Below, one piece after another: positions 1 through 12,186 of a stretch of 64,000 nucleotides of DNA; within the stretch, counting starts at the first letter, position 1, and the number at the start of each line of letters is the position of its first letter. The notes under the pieces are model-generated. The model saw only the letters and a list, made by a program, of their open reading frames with translations. It did no database searches and was not told the DNA's origin. This stretch comes from Macrostomum lignano (Eukaryota). The DNA is taken from contig NIVC01000362.1 in assembly GCA_002269645.1 (NCBI GenBank), forward strand, positions 434,001-498,000, given 5' to 3'. A program made the translations under genes and the position numbers.

Positions 1-69
1 ATTAATCAAAAATACAACAAAAAAAACAAATTGCAAACAATTAATAGTTCATATATATTGCAGTTTTAC

Positions 70-1305
70 CCATTGATTGAGTAGCTGGTATCGCCAAATT
101 TGGTTCGCCACTTTCACTATCCACTTCATAAAGCTCGTCAAGTAGTCCATGCTGATGACAACTAGAACTTGAAGCAACCTGCTTTGAACTAGATGACCTT
201 ATTGTCCTTACATTTGCAATGCCAGCTTGGGGATCTTTCATTGCAAAAAGCTCAATAGCTTGGCTAATCAATGAATCAGTATTTTCAGCCTCACTAACCA
301 AGTTGGAAAGTTGGTTCATAGTTGAAGCCATTTGCCTTTCACTACCTTTTGCCACAAGTGTAGCAGAAAATAGTTTGCCATACATGCGTAAAAAGACTTT
401 AGTCCCCTAAAATATAATTTAATAAAGTAATATTACATTTGTAGTTGGAATAATTTGTTTTAGAAACCATGTACTCAATAACAAAATATTATGCATATAA
501 ATCCAACTTAAAATCTTACTTGTGCAAGTTCCAACTTTTCATCATTAGTTATTGTACTTGGCCAATAGGGAGACCCAAATGCAATGGTCACATATTGCTC
601 ATCATGGCCAACATTGTGAAGAATAAAGCAGAAAAACAATGCTGAATTGTCATTTCCAAATTTAGAAGTACTTTTTGTCTGCTTTCGAAGAGGCCTAGAA
701 TTAGATGCACTTAATCCAATATCATCCATAACAATTTGTTCTGAAAAAGTTTCACAAGGAGATAAGGTTTGAAGAATCAATCAAGAGGCCAATGACAAAC
801 CAATTAGAATTGTATATAAAAAAAATTTAATGTAGGGACCCTAGGCCCCTATGATTTTAAATAAAAATTATAATATAAGGCCTAGGCCCTATATATAGGC
901 CTATAATTATAAAGTTGTGCCATTGTGGATTTTCTGATACAAAGTAGACAATATTAGGCCTAATTGGGCCTAGTCTAGTCTAGTTTTGATTATAGACTGT
1001 ATATTAGATACAAAGGACATGAAAGGTCTCGAAATTAAGTACCAATTACCATAATATACTATTATTTTTTATTATTTTGAAACTGTCAGCCTACCATGTG
1101 ATTTTTATCATTAGGCTATGGCCTAGGTCTAGGATGCCACTTTAGACTAGGCCTTTGGCTTTGGTTAGGCCAACCTATCATTATAAAAATGCAGCAAAAT
1201 ATCATTCAAAAATATACATCTAACCCCTATAGGTTATCTTTGCATCCCAAATATAATATATAATAGGGTTTCTATTTTCTAATATATCTACAAATACAAT
1301 TTTCA
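70..1305 (-). CDS. Partial multi-exon gene of unknown function. Candidate exons 1305(or 1287)-1225, 740-520 and 406-~70; 5' and 3' ends unresolved
   Basis: Three ORF segments join in frame through canonical sites: donors G|GTTAGA (1225/1224) and CAA|GTAAGA (520/519); acceptors TTTTTCAG| (741/740) and TTTTAG| (407/406). Spliced peptide: ...IWDAKITYREQIVMDD...GSPYWPSTITNDEKLELAQGTKVFLRMYGKLFSATLV... No family recognised. Confidence 0.45.
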
Positions 1306-3487
1306 CTGAAGGAGTGAAGATCAAAATTAGCATGTCAAAAAACCTTACAAGCCACCGAATTTTAAAACTAGCTACCAAAAGTGGAACTGGAAGTATATAG
1401 CTAAGAAAAAACATAAACATAAACATAGCACATAGTGACACATAATGAAATGATGACAACATGCAAGAGTGACAGAGTCCTCTTAGAAAGGAAAAATAGG
1501 CCTAGTAATTTATGTTTATGGGAAGTTAAGTCCGTAATTAACTAAACCGAAACAAAATGGCCAACAAAATTGCTGGTAATATATTCAAAGCAATTTGTAG
1601 GTGAAGATTTTAACAAATTTATTAAACTATTTTTTGTATTTACAATTTCGCTTTTATTAAATATATTTAAAACTTTATTAGATATACATAAAATAGCCTG
1701 AAATTTTTTATAAGCTTAGTTATTTATTTTCCCGTATGAACTCCCTGACATGGATGATTTTACCATGGAAAGTTTTAAAAATCCATGCATGAAAATACCA
1801 TGAACATGCATGATTTATCAATGGATCATGGATCATAGATGATTTATCCATGATAAGAGAGTAGGGTATATATAGCTAAAAAAATTTAGCGGTACTTTCA
1901 ACCATGTGTGTGAATTTTTTTCGAGCGCAAAAAAGTGAAATGTACGAGTTTATGATGCTTTTAAGATTGCGATTACTTTAGCTATAGCGATTCCTTCTAA
2001 TCTATTTTTTACTGAAATTATACTGGAAACTATAGGAAGTAAGAAATAAGTTCTGTAAAAACATCAGTTTTTTCTACATGTTCGAGCCTACATGTATATC
2101 TTCCGATAGTTTATTATTTCTAGACGATTTTTCAGCTCCGCAGCTGGATATTTTCCTCAAAAATTGTTCATGGTGAATTACATGTACCTATGCGTACCTC
2201 ATGCATTAGCGCTTTGCAAAAAAAGAAAATCCTACACGGAACGCAGTTAAAAAAACAGTTGTACGCTCGTATTTTTTGTTCCCGCTGGTGAACAATGTTT
2301 GATTTTATTTTCTTCCAAGCAATGCTGCATATGGATCGAGTATCTGCAGTTACATGTAATTGCTTTTATAAATTCGAATTCAAAGTTTAAAGGAGCGATA
2401 TATTGTGAAATTTAAACAAGGACCACTACTAGTAGTGCAGTACTATACCCAGTGGTCCTTGAATTTAAATCGCTAAAAGCCAACAAAAAATTCCTACTTC
2501 GCTCTGCTCTGCAGCCGTTCTTTTATAGTTTAGTTTAGTTTAGTTTATTGTAGTTTTTCATGATAAATACATATGCATCATTCCTACGCGAATATTAAAT
2601 AATGGATCGAAGTAACTTTTGGGTCCGGATCGCGTGGGAAAACTCGGGTCTGTCGTACGAACACGTACGGATCTATAATGAACAATATGCTACTAGCTAT
2701 ACGCAAAGGACCACTGTATATACAATGGTCCAGCTTGGCTATACGGTACATGTATGAGTATATGCAAACTGTCAACTGAATTGCGAATTTGAGGAAAATG
2801 AAACGGTGTAACCACAGTTATAATGGCAAAGTACTTTTATTTCAGTACAGATTCAGCGCAAGCTTCACGTGATCGAGTTACAGTTTGTAATTTTTTCAAA
2901 TTCATACGTGTACTGCATTTCTAGCTGTTTAAACAAGCAGGCCGGCTAAAATATACAAATTTACATGTGACTGCATCAATTTTTGAACGAGAGTCTAGTT
3001 GAGGAACATAAATTCGTACATGTAACTGTTTATGCTACTTGAATAAAATCTTATAGCACGTACCGCATATCATCACTTCAGGCAATCAAAATCATTCCGC
3101 AATTTGATGCTGCAATTATTGATAGGCCGCTTTTATTCAGCTTGGTTGATCAGATAAATTCAAGCTATTGTGGATACAATTGCAGCTGCATTATGGCTTC
3201 ATTGTATATATTACAGTGTATATTGGCAACAAATCAATCAAAAATTTAGTGGCACATCCGGTTTTCGGTAACAGCTGTAGCTATTATATAAGGACGTCGA
3301 AATTAAAGCAATTGGATTCGGTCACAAAAAAAACACAGAAAATTCCAATCATCAGGCCGGTCAGTGGAGTGAAAAAAATTCGAAACATTTTCGGACGATC
3401 AAATCGACAAATGAGAAATTGGTCCGTCTGCTCGCAAAATTATTGCCAATTGTACGTAGAACCATGCACGTAGAATATAGGCAAGGA

Positions 3488-4725
3488 AATTTCTGAGCGA
3501 TGATTCTTTGAATCTGAGTCATGGATATGAGCAATTCCTGAACGATGATTCTTTGAATCTGAGTCATGAATATGAGCAATTCCTGAACGATGATTCTTTG
3601 AATCTGAGTCATGAATATGAGCAATTCCTGAACGATGATTCTTTGAATCTGAGTCATAGATATGAGCAATTCCTGAACGATGATTCTTTGAATCTGAGTC
3701 ATAGATATGAGCAATTCTTGAATGATGATGCTTTGAATCTGAGTCATAGATATGAGCAATTCCTGAACGATGATTTTTAGAATCTGAGTCATGAATATGA
3801 GAAATTCCTGAACGATGATTTTTAGAATCTGAGTCATAGATATGAGCAATTCCTGAACGATGATTTTTAGAATCTGAGTCATGAATATGAGCAATTCCTG
3901 ACTAAGATGATTCTTTGAATCTGAGTCATAGATATGAGCAATTCCTGAACGATGATTCTTTGAATCTGAGTCATAGATATGAGCAATTCTTGAATGATGA
4001 TGCTTTGAATCTGAGTCATGAATATGAGCAATTCCTGACTAAGATGATTCTTTGAATCTGAGTCATAGATATGAGCAATTCCTGAACGATGATTCTTTGA
4101 ATCTGAGTCATAGATATGAGCAATTCCTGAACGATGATTCTTTGAATCTGAGTCATAGATATGAGCAATTCTTGAATGATGATGCTTTGAATCTGAGTCA
4201 TGAATATGAGCAATTCCTGAACGATGATTCTTTGAATCTGAGTCATGAATATGAGCAATTCCTGAACGATGATTCTTTGAATCTGAGTCATAGATATGAG
4301 CAATTCTTGAATGATGATGCTTTGAATCTGAGTCATGAATATGAGCAATTCCTGACTAAGATGATTCTTTGAATCTGAGTCATGGATATGAGCAATTCCT
4401 GACTAAGATGATTCTTTGAATCTGAGTCATGGATATGAGCAATTCCTGAACGATGATTCTTTGAATCTGAGTCATAGATATGAGCAATTCCTGACTAAGA
4501 TGATTCTTTGAATCTGAGTCATGAATATGAGCAATTCCTGACTAAGATGATTCTTTGAATCTGAGTCATGGATATGAGCAATTCCTGAACGATGATTCTT
4601 TGAATCTGAGTCATAGATATGAGCAATTCCTGAACGATGATTTTTAGAATCTGAATCATAGATATGAGCAATTCCTGAACGATGATTTTTAGAATCTGAA
4701 TCATAGATATGAGCAATTCCTGGAT
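3488..4725. repeat. 45-bp tandem minisatellite (~27 copies); each unit carries TGAGTCA
   Basis: Unit GATGATTCTTTGAATCTGAGTCATAGATATGAGCAATTCCTGAAC read directly. The overlapping ORFs show a 15-aa period. Confidence 0.97.
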
Positions 4726-5231
4726 GACAATTCTTAGAAAAGAATCTATTCTATTCATGGAATTCGAATAAAAGAATTCGGAGCTTCGTAAATGACGGTT
4801 CCTAGAAAGTGAGTTATAAAATTGTGTCATTCCTTAATTGTTAAAAGCTTTTCAAAAGAAAATGTATGGTAGAAACTGCGATGTCTAGACAGCTTTTTAT
4901 CAACACCTCATTTGAGACGGGATTGCTCTTCCATCCCCCGCGCATCACCCAGATTGTACTCCCTGACATGCCTCCCTCCCTCCTTCCTGACTGATATAAA
5001 GACCCTAGCCCAGGCCCGTGAGCACGTGACTGTATCCAAAAAAGCTGTTTTCAATTAACAAAATGCCTTGCACGCGATGGAATAAAAATAGCCTATTTAC
5101 TCGTATACATGTAGCTACAGCTGTTTAAAAAATAGTTAAAACAAAAACACGACTCCGGAATTGGGTTGAATTTGAGAAGCCCACATCCTACTGCAGTGGT
5201 TTGCAGTGCAGTCGAAGCTTAGCCCGCGGAT

Positions 5232-6056
5232 TAAATGTCAGACATGCCGATTCGGGTGTCAGACATGCCGATTCGGGTGTCAGACATGCCGATTCGGGTG
5301 TCAGACATGCCGATTCGGGTGTCAGACATGCTGATTCGGGTGTCAGACATGCCGATTCGGGTGTCAGACATGCCGATTCGGGTGTCAGACATTCTGATTC
5401 GGATGTCAGACATGCCGATTCGGGTGTCAGATATGCCAATTCGGGTGTCAGACATGCTGATTCGGGTGTCAGATATGCCAATTCGGGTGTCAGACATGCT
5501 GATTCGGGTGTCAGACATTTCAATTCGGGTGTCAGGCATGCTGATTCGGGTGTCAGACATTTCAATTCGGGTGTCAGACATGCCGATTCGGGTGTCAGAA
5601 ATGCCGATTCGGGTGTCAGACATGCCGATTCGGGTGTCAGACATGCCGATTCGGGTGTCAGACATTTCAATTCGGGTGTCAGACATGCCGATTCGGGTGT
5701 CAGACATGCTGATTCGGGTGTCAGATATGCCAATTCGGGTGTCAGACATGCCGATTCGGATGTCAGATATGCCGATTCGGGTGTCAGACATGCCGATTCG
5801 GATGTCAGATATGCCGATTCGGGTGTCAGACATGCCGATTCGGGTGTCAGACATGCCGATTCGGGTGTCAGATATGCCGATTCGGGTGTCAGACATTCTG
5901 ATTCGGATGTCAGACATGCCGATTCGGGTGTCAGACATTTCAATTCGGGTGTCAGGCATGCCGATTCGGGTGTCAGATATGCCAATTCGGGTGTCAGACA
6001 TGCCGATTCGGGTGTCAGACATGCCGATTCGGGTGTCAGACATGCCGATTCGGATT
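5232..6056. repeat. 21-bp tandem minisatellite (~39 copies)
   Basis: Unit GATTCGGGTGTCAGACATGCC. It explains the 7-aa-periodic ORFs in several frames. Confidence 0.97.
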
Positions 6057-6676
6057 TACAGCGGCATCGGGCATTACCTGCATGTGAGTTCATGAACAAT
6101 AAAAAGATCTTTGAAGAAGATTTGAATTGAAGATTTTTATTCTTCATCACTAATTGGACAGACGGAATGAATGAGTCGGAGGTTCGCGTCCGGACCAGAA
6201 AGCTGTATCTAAGCGGATAAAGGAGTAAATTCCCTTCCTGTATGAATGCTGCAAGCGAACAAAATTGAAAATTTTAACACTTACTTGAGCCTCTAATTTG
6301 CATTTTTCTTCCGATTAACGCACCAAATATGGAAGTTTGCCAAGTTAAAATTGGAACAGTTAAAACGCAATGCGCTGCAGTCTTTGCGCAGCTTTGAGAG
6401 TGCAGCAGCTCATTACGCTGATTGCAGTGGAAAATCTATATGTACCGGTATGAGCAATGTATTTCCGACTTTGAGGTTGGGTCTGAAATCTCAGAAGATT
6501 CTCATAGCCCCAGTTCATTGATTAAGGTAAAATAGCAATAAAGTCTTATCTATGAATGCACTCTGATGTTCGAAGAGAAAAAGAACTTGTTGGGCTTGTT
6601 CTCTGTCAGACAAGAGTCAGTCAGTCACTCACTTAGACAGCAAAGTCATGTAATTGATAGGCTAGATAGTTACTAA

Positions 6677-6853
6677 GGGTGGGGTTTCACAAACGCGAAA
6701 TTTCACAACCACTAAAAGCACTTGCTTTCACAACCGCGAAACTTCACAACCGCTAAAATTTTTGCACTTACTTTCATATACGACAGTCTTTTTAGCGGTT
6801 GTGAAGTTTCGCGTTTATGAAAGTAGGTGATTTCGCGTTTGTGAAAGCAACCC
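6677..6853. mobile_element. 177-bp MITE with 8-bp target-site duplication
   Basis: GTTACTAA is duplicated at 6669-6676 and 6854-6861. Imperfect TIRs read GGGTGGGGTTTCACAAACGCGAAAT and GGGTTGCTTTCACAAACGCGAAAT (rc). A second internal inverted pair is CGCGAAACTTCACAACCGCTAAAA. Confidence 0.85.
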
Positions 6854-7152
6854 GTTACTAACGCAGGGCTTTACTGATTTAAATTCTCGCCAGTCTACAA
6901 AAACAAAAAATATCATTGATTTAATTTGCAAATGTTTTATAATGCAAATCCATTGTTTTGATTTTTATTCCCGGAAAAGTAATGTTTTTAACCATCGAAA
7001 TTTTTTTAGGCAAAACTTCTGCAATTTCCTGATTAAAAAATCTAACATTTTACTCGTACCCGGCCTCCTGCCTCATTGAAGACTTTCCAGTCTGCAGATT
7101 TTAATCGTCTGATTAAACTGAAGGTCAGGAGGCTCTAAAATTGGGGTTTGGA

Positions 7153-7226
7153 CGGAGTGCGGTGGGTGCAGGAGTGGGGTCTGAGCGGAGTGAGGTGGGT
7201 GCAGGAGTGGAGTCTGTGCGGAGTGA
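7153..7226. repeat. Left part of a 33-bp G-rich minisatellite split by the LTR element
   Basis: Same unit (GTGAGGTGGGTGCAGGAGTGGAGTCTGTGCGGA) as at 24089-24325. Confidence 0.9.
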
Positions 7227-7879
7227 TGAAGTGATACATTTTGGCTCTAGAAAGCTCCCATCCAGATTGAATGTATTTTAACCAATGAATGCGCTCCAAA
7301 TAGCAAAAGCTGAGGACACGACCCCAACCTCAACCAATGAAAAGCAGTTATGTACCATCCAATGCGATCAAGACTGAAAAGTACTATAAAAGCTCATGTT
7401 AACCAAGCAAGAAGCTCGCCTTTTGCTCGCTCCGCCTCTCCTCGCCCTTGCCTCTCCTTCGCCATTCTCCTAGCTTACCTCGTTTGACTATTTTGATTGA
7501 CACAGTTAGGGTCTCAACCCAAACACCAAAACTTATAAGTCGACTTACTAAAGCCAAACCAACACCCAATCCACGTTTCACAATAGACTGAACCTTCGGT
7601 TCACCCGAACAACTAGAAACACCTTGTGACTTAAATCGAACGAGCTTCTTATTTGGAATTCCACCTTAGACATTATATTTTGTAAGATAACATCTCGAGA
7701 TTGTGACCATCAAATACAACGGTCTGTAAGTTAACATCAAGTGTTTGCATCATCAGGAAAAGTCAGTTGAATCCGCCGCCTCAGTTATTTGGCTCTCACA
7801 TTGATATTTGAAGTAGAACAAGAGCCATAGAAGTGAGAGACCAGAAGAAGAACAAGAAAATATATTTTAAAATATTTCA
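7227..7879 (+). repeat. 5' LTR (653 bp)
   Basis: Starts TGAAGTGATA and ends AATATTTCA. No differences from 23436-24088 seen by eye. Confidence 0.97.
7282..7391 (+). promoter_or_regulatory. LTR U3 promoter: three CCAAT boxes and a TATA box
   Basis: CCAAT at 7282, 7334 and 7359; TATAAAA at 7385-7391. The same motifs are in the 3' LTR. Confidence 0.65.
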
Positions 7880-7880
7880 C

Positions 7881-7894
7881 TGGTTCCCTGACCG
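7881..7894 (+). promoter_or_regulatory. Primer-binding site complementary to the tRNA-Glu 3' end
   Basis: TGGTTCCCTGACCG lies 1 nt after the LTR. It is the reverse complement of the metazoan tRNA-Glu(CTC) 3' end ...CGGUCAGGGAACCA. Confidence 0.85.
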
Positions 7895-9661
7895 TACTTT
7901 TCCTCCGATGCTTTTCACCACAATAGCCGCTATGCCCTGCATGGGGTAGACAGCTATAGGCGTGGCTGATGGGTGTGAACGGTTGGACTGGCTCCCCCCC
8001 TCCCCTTTGAGCATTCGAGACTGTCAATAATACATATTCGACGAATGAATCGTAAATCACGAGCTCTCAAATTCAAATTCAGAATTCAAATCGGTTCTAA
8101 GTTTTGTCCAGTGCACTGAGACCTGATTCAAGTTGTTTCAAATTCAAAGGATCCATGAAAGTCAATACATTATCGTTCCGGAACAATTTCAATTTCAACT
8201 TCAATTCAATTCAAGAAACGTCGACGAACGTCTGATATCGAGTTCTTATTCTCAAGCCTCAGAGCTTCAATGCAGAAATTCAATTCAGTTATTCGGATCC
8301 TCAATTGTTCAAGCTTCAAAGCTTCGATTTTTCAAAGACCGCGGCATCATCAATTGTTCAAGTTTATTTAATGTTGGACGCCTCTTCCTTCACTGCTTTT
8401 CCACAGAATAGCAAAGTCTGCTCTGGATTTCTTCATATATATTTGAAACTCTCCAAAGCGACTGAGCCATTCGTTTTCCTTCTCGGTTTTTCCCAGTGTG
8501 TGGCCACATCTAGAAAACTGGCTTATCTCAGATTCTCTGCGCCGTTAAGCGCCCGAAAGAAAGAACGAAAACGCAAAAAACCTGACGAGCTATTCAAACA
8601 AAGTCACTTCAGCAAATATTAATCAAACTCTGGAGCCACCAATTTCTTGCTGTCAACAAAAAAAAAATTTTTTTCGCTTATCCGACAGGCTGCTTGCCTG
8701 ACCATTCATCATTTTCCTTGATTAAAGTCCCAACCAATTGTTTGCCGAACCTGCGTGCTTCATCCGGAAAACTTTTCTGATTTTCGTAGACCGCTTGCCT
8801 AGCCTTTCATTATTTTTCTTGATTAAACACTCCAAACTCACTGTTTGCAAACCCCACGAGCCCCATCCATCAAATCCTTATCGACCCAAGTTTTTTTTCG
8901 GATTGCTGATTCTGGCAGTTGCCTTCTATGGATCATTCGGGATGCTGGGAATTTCTTGCGTGTTTAATCAACTCCAGTTCCCTCCAATAAATATTAATCT
9001 TAAACAAACTGCCCAAATCAGACTTTGTGTGCCTACTTGACCTCCCAGAGAGACCTCTTTTCTTGATTAAAACCATCACTCAACTTTATCTCCCACAAAA
9101 AATCTTTTCCTTAATCAAACTGTCCAGGCCAGCTCCATCCTGCCACTCACCCTCCGGTTCAGCGACCTTTTCACGATCTCTGATAAACAATTTCCCCAGG
9201 AATTTTTTCTTCTCCTAGCCATTTCTCGTTTTTGTATGATGGATTAAGATCCAAACAACTTCTACTTTTCTCTCATCTCCCTATTGCCAAAGGCAATAGA
9301 TGCTTAGTGCCCCATACAGCTTTTGCCCTACTTATTTTGTTAACCATCTTGTTCCCGTTTTTACGAAAACTACTTTTTACGCTATCCATCCTTTGCTTTG
9401 TCAAGATTGAGCCCTACCCATAGCCCCCCTCTAACCTGAGCAGCCTTTATCAATTCAAATAGTTAAACAGGTTAGTTATGTATTTTTTTACAAAAACATT
9501 CACACGTACAAAAGGGTAATCGCAACAATAACAATATAAATATATGTACACTAATAAGCAATTCAATTGTCGTTAGCATATCTACAAAAACTATACAAAA
9601 TTACAAAAAAATTAAATTCAAGATTACCCCTACCTTCAGTCGGTTAGCCCCTTCAATTACA

Positions 9662-9943
9662 TTAAACTAAGATAAAATTACCCCAACGGCGTCCTGCGAC
9701 AATCTCTTCTTCCACATGCTGGAGCTCCTGCCACCATTCGAGGCGGCGCTCACACCACTTACGGACGGGTGTGACTAGCCGCCTGAACGCTGACAGGAGT
9801 CGCAAACCCCGCCGAGCACCCCGCTTCGTGTCGCGGGGCCAACCGTCCTCCAGCAGCAATTCGAGTTCCCACAACCGCCGACAGAGCCACCACCATTGAT
9901 CCGCCGTCTTCCTCGTCCTTTCGAGTTGAGCTTGCATAGCCAT
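9662..9943 (-). CDS. Possible antisense accessory ORF of the element (93 aa from ATG 9943; Trp/Arg/Glu-rich)
   Basis: MAMQAQLERTRKTADQWWWLCRRLWELELLLEDGWPR... lies in a GC-richer island of the leader. No homology recognised. Confidence 0.3.
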   Translation of the reverse strand: MAMQAQLERTRKTADQWWWLCRRLWELELLLEDGWPRDTKRGARRGLRLLSAFRRLVTPVRKWCERRLEWWQELQHVEEEIVAGRRWGNFILV

Positions 9944-10335
9944 AATGAATAAGTCGAGCAATCGTCGTCCGGGAGTGTTTGAAGTAGCGGAGTCGCGAAG
10001 GAGTAGCAAGCCTTACCCGTCCCCCTTCAGTTTCACCAATATAACCGCCCCGTCTCCCAGGCATGGCTTGGAATCCCCCTAACCAACCAATGAGGACGCC
10101 GCAAACTCTGTTCCCAACTCCCTTCAGAATTCGCCATCAACAGCACTATTATACTAGCACTTTTGCAGCACTATAGATTGACAGAATCCTGCACTCTTGA
10201 GTTAATCTCCTCTCCAGTACTACCGAAGCCAACTGCAAGAACGACACTCTTCACATCCAGTCTCTACCGTTCCAGCAACTTGGTAACACTGTAAATTAAA
10301 TTAAAGTGCTTTAATTCACTCATTATAATTTCAAC

Positions 10336-11145
10336 ATGACTACTTTCGCACGTATCTACGCTGAAGCCGCATCCCTTACTGCCCCTGATGATGTCCCACT
10401 ATTTGATTGCCAGTGTCAGACGTATTATTGCCAACATCGCCGCAGTTTCATTTACTATTGCCCCTCCTATCTCTCGCCCTTTCCGCTTCCTCAAACCGTC
10501 AAGCCCGCAATCCCGGATTCCCTGTTTCACGATCTCTTCAGTTGTAATGGACGCCCTGGTCCCGTAACCAAGTTTGTCCTCGCCATTACTGATTCCTACC
10601 TGACCCACATTTATGACTGCCTCCAATGCCACATCCCGGGGCAGATAGACAATATGCTATTCCATCTCGAAGGCTTCCATCTGCCGCCCCTGCAAGGAGC
10701 TTTTAAGTCCGCAATCGTCGATATAGCCCTCCGATGCCAGAACTTCGAGCTACTCTTCCGCGCTCTGCGTTGCGTTGATTTTCATACCGGCGTTCCTCTT
10801 CGCTACAAAGATCTCCGCCGAATATACTGTCGCAAAATTGATGACGAGGAGTGTGAACGCCACGAACTATTGCTCCAGAGCTTTGTTCCCCCCGTTTCCG
10901 ACTCACCCTTAAGCCTGTTCCACCTTGCCTCTTACCAACTTCGCTACCACTTCTGGTCGACCTGGACGCGCCATCGCGGCAGTTCTAGAGGTCAGGCCAT
11001 TGAAGCTCATTTCCTCACCCTCCCTCGGTTCCACCGGGAACATATAGTTGGCCACCCCGACTTCACCGACGACCCCTGTTTCGACGTTAGCGACTCTCCT
11101 TGCCCCAAACTCCTCGCCTCCGCATGCGGTGGTCGTCCTGATTGA
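10336..11145 (+). CDS. Accessory ORF upstream of gag (269 aa, Cys/His-rich, unknown function)
   Basis: ATG-initiated, uninterrupted and non-repetitive. A possible acceptor TTAATCTCCTCTCCAG ends at 10217. Confidence 0.7.
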   Translation: MTTFARIYAEAASLTAPDDVPLFDCQCQTYYCQHRRSFIYYCPSYLSPFPLPQTVKPAIPDSLFHDLFSCNGRPGPVTKFVLAITDSYLTHIYDCLQCHIPGQIDNMLFHLEGFHLPPLQGAFKSAIVDIALRCQNFELLFRALRCVDFHTGVPLRYKDLRRIYCRKIDDEECERHELLLQSFVPPVSDSPLSLFHLASYQLRYHFWSTWTRHRGSSRGQAIEAHFLTLPRFHREHIVGHPDFTDDPCFDVSDSPCPKLLASACGGRPD

Positions 11146-11298
11146 TTCCCCCCCATAAGCCGCAATTTCTATCGCCTCAGCATCAGCCCCCCTTGGGCCC
11201 TGTAAATATACTATACTCTCTCATTGTCTTTTGATCATAGTCTCATTTCCAATTCACTTTCTGTTACTTTAAACTGCATGGTGTACACCCTACTTTGA

Positions 11299-11600
11299 AA
11301 ATGATCATTTGATCGACAAAAAAATACAAAAAATTTAAAACCTCAAAAAACGCACGTCTCCATTTACTCTTCTTCGCTTCATCTATGCTAGACTATTCAC
11401 ATAGTATTTTCGTAGCCTGCGACAAACTCAAAATGATCATTAGATCGCAAAAAATAATAAAACTTGAAAACACAAAAAACAATACCATTGCTTATAGTTC
11501 ATTTCGTACAACCCGTACTGCTCTTATCATGTTAAAGTTACAAAATGATCAGTCCGATCAATAAAAATTATAAAATTTTCAAAAATTAAAAAATAGCAAA
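11299..11600 (+). repeat. Three dispersed copies of AAAATGATCA-N3-GATC followed by an A-rich tract
   Basis: Copies start near 11299, 11430 and 11543. Each GATC...GATC can form a small hairpin. Confidence 0.6.
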
Positions 11601-11873
11601 TTTACAAAACTACAAAAACATTACTCTACGTTTGCTTAAAATTATGAAATCAACCCCCCTAGCTGAAACTCGTCAGATAGTTCAAAATTCAAATTCGAAA
11701 TTCAAAAAGCCAGAACAAATTCTCAGAAGAAAACTGCCGACTTCAAAAGAATAAACTGCCGACTTCAAGAAAAAGAAAACTGCCGATTTCAATGATACAA
11801 ATTCGATTTTTATTGGCCACCACTGATGTCCGTCTAGTCCAACATTCAGGAGCTCCTTTATCAAATTCAGTTT

Positions 11874-12110
11874 CAAAGTTTCAGAACCGATCAAACGGCA
11901 GTTCAATTCAAAATTTCCGAGTTCAAAATTTCAAAATTCAAAGTTTCAGAACCGATCAAACGGCAGTTCAATTCAAAATTTCCGAGTTCAAAATTTCAAA
12001 ATTCAAAGTTTCAGAACCGATCAAACGGCAGTTCAATTCAAGATTTCCGAGTTCAAAATTTCAAAATTCAAAGTTTCAGAACCAATCAAAAGGCAGTTCA
12101 ATTCAAAATT
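11874..12110 (+). repeat. 65-bp tandem repeat (~3.7 copies) in the gag leader
   Basis: CAAAGTTTCAGAACC starts at 11874, 11939, 12004 and 12069. Confidence 0.92.
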
Positions 12111-12162
12111 ACTTCGATTTTCAAAGCTCGTCGCAGATTACAGTTAAAAAAAAATTACACAG

Positions 12163-12186
12163 TCTCTCTTTTTCTCCCTTCTCCAG
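12163..12186 (+). promoter_or_regulatory. Putative 3' splice acceptor upstream of gag
   Basis: Polypyrimidine tract TCTCTCTTTTTCTCCCTTCTCC followed by AG (12185-12186). The gag-frame ATG is at 12313. Confidence 0.55.

Noticed and set aside
5190-6090. The 21-bp array as an intron between mini-exons
   Set aside because: GT/AG-like signals exist on both strands, but no recognisable protein or consistent gene model results.
3361-6150. Long ORFs of 100-320 aa in several frames
   Set aside because: They are translations of the 45-bp and 21-bp tandem repeats, open on both strands with the repeat periodicity.
8133-9423. Hydrophobic 63-105-aa ORFs in the element leader
   Set aside because: Mostly non-ATG starts in T-rich repetitive DNA, with no motif support.
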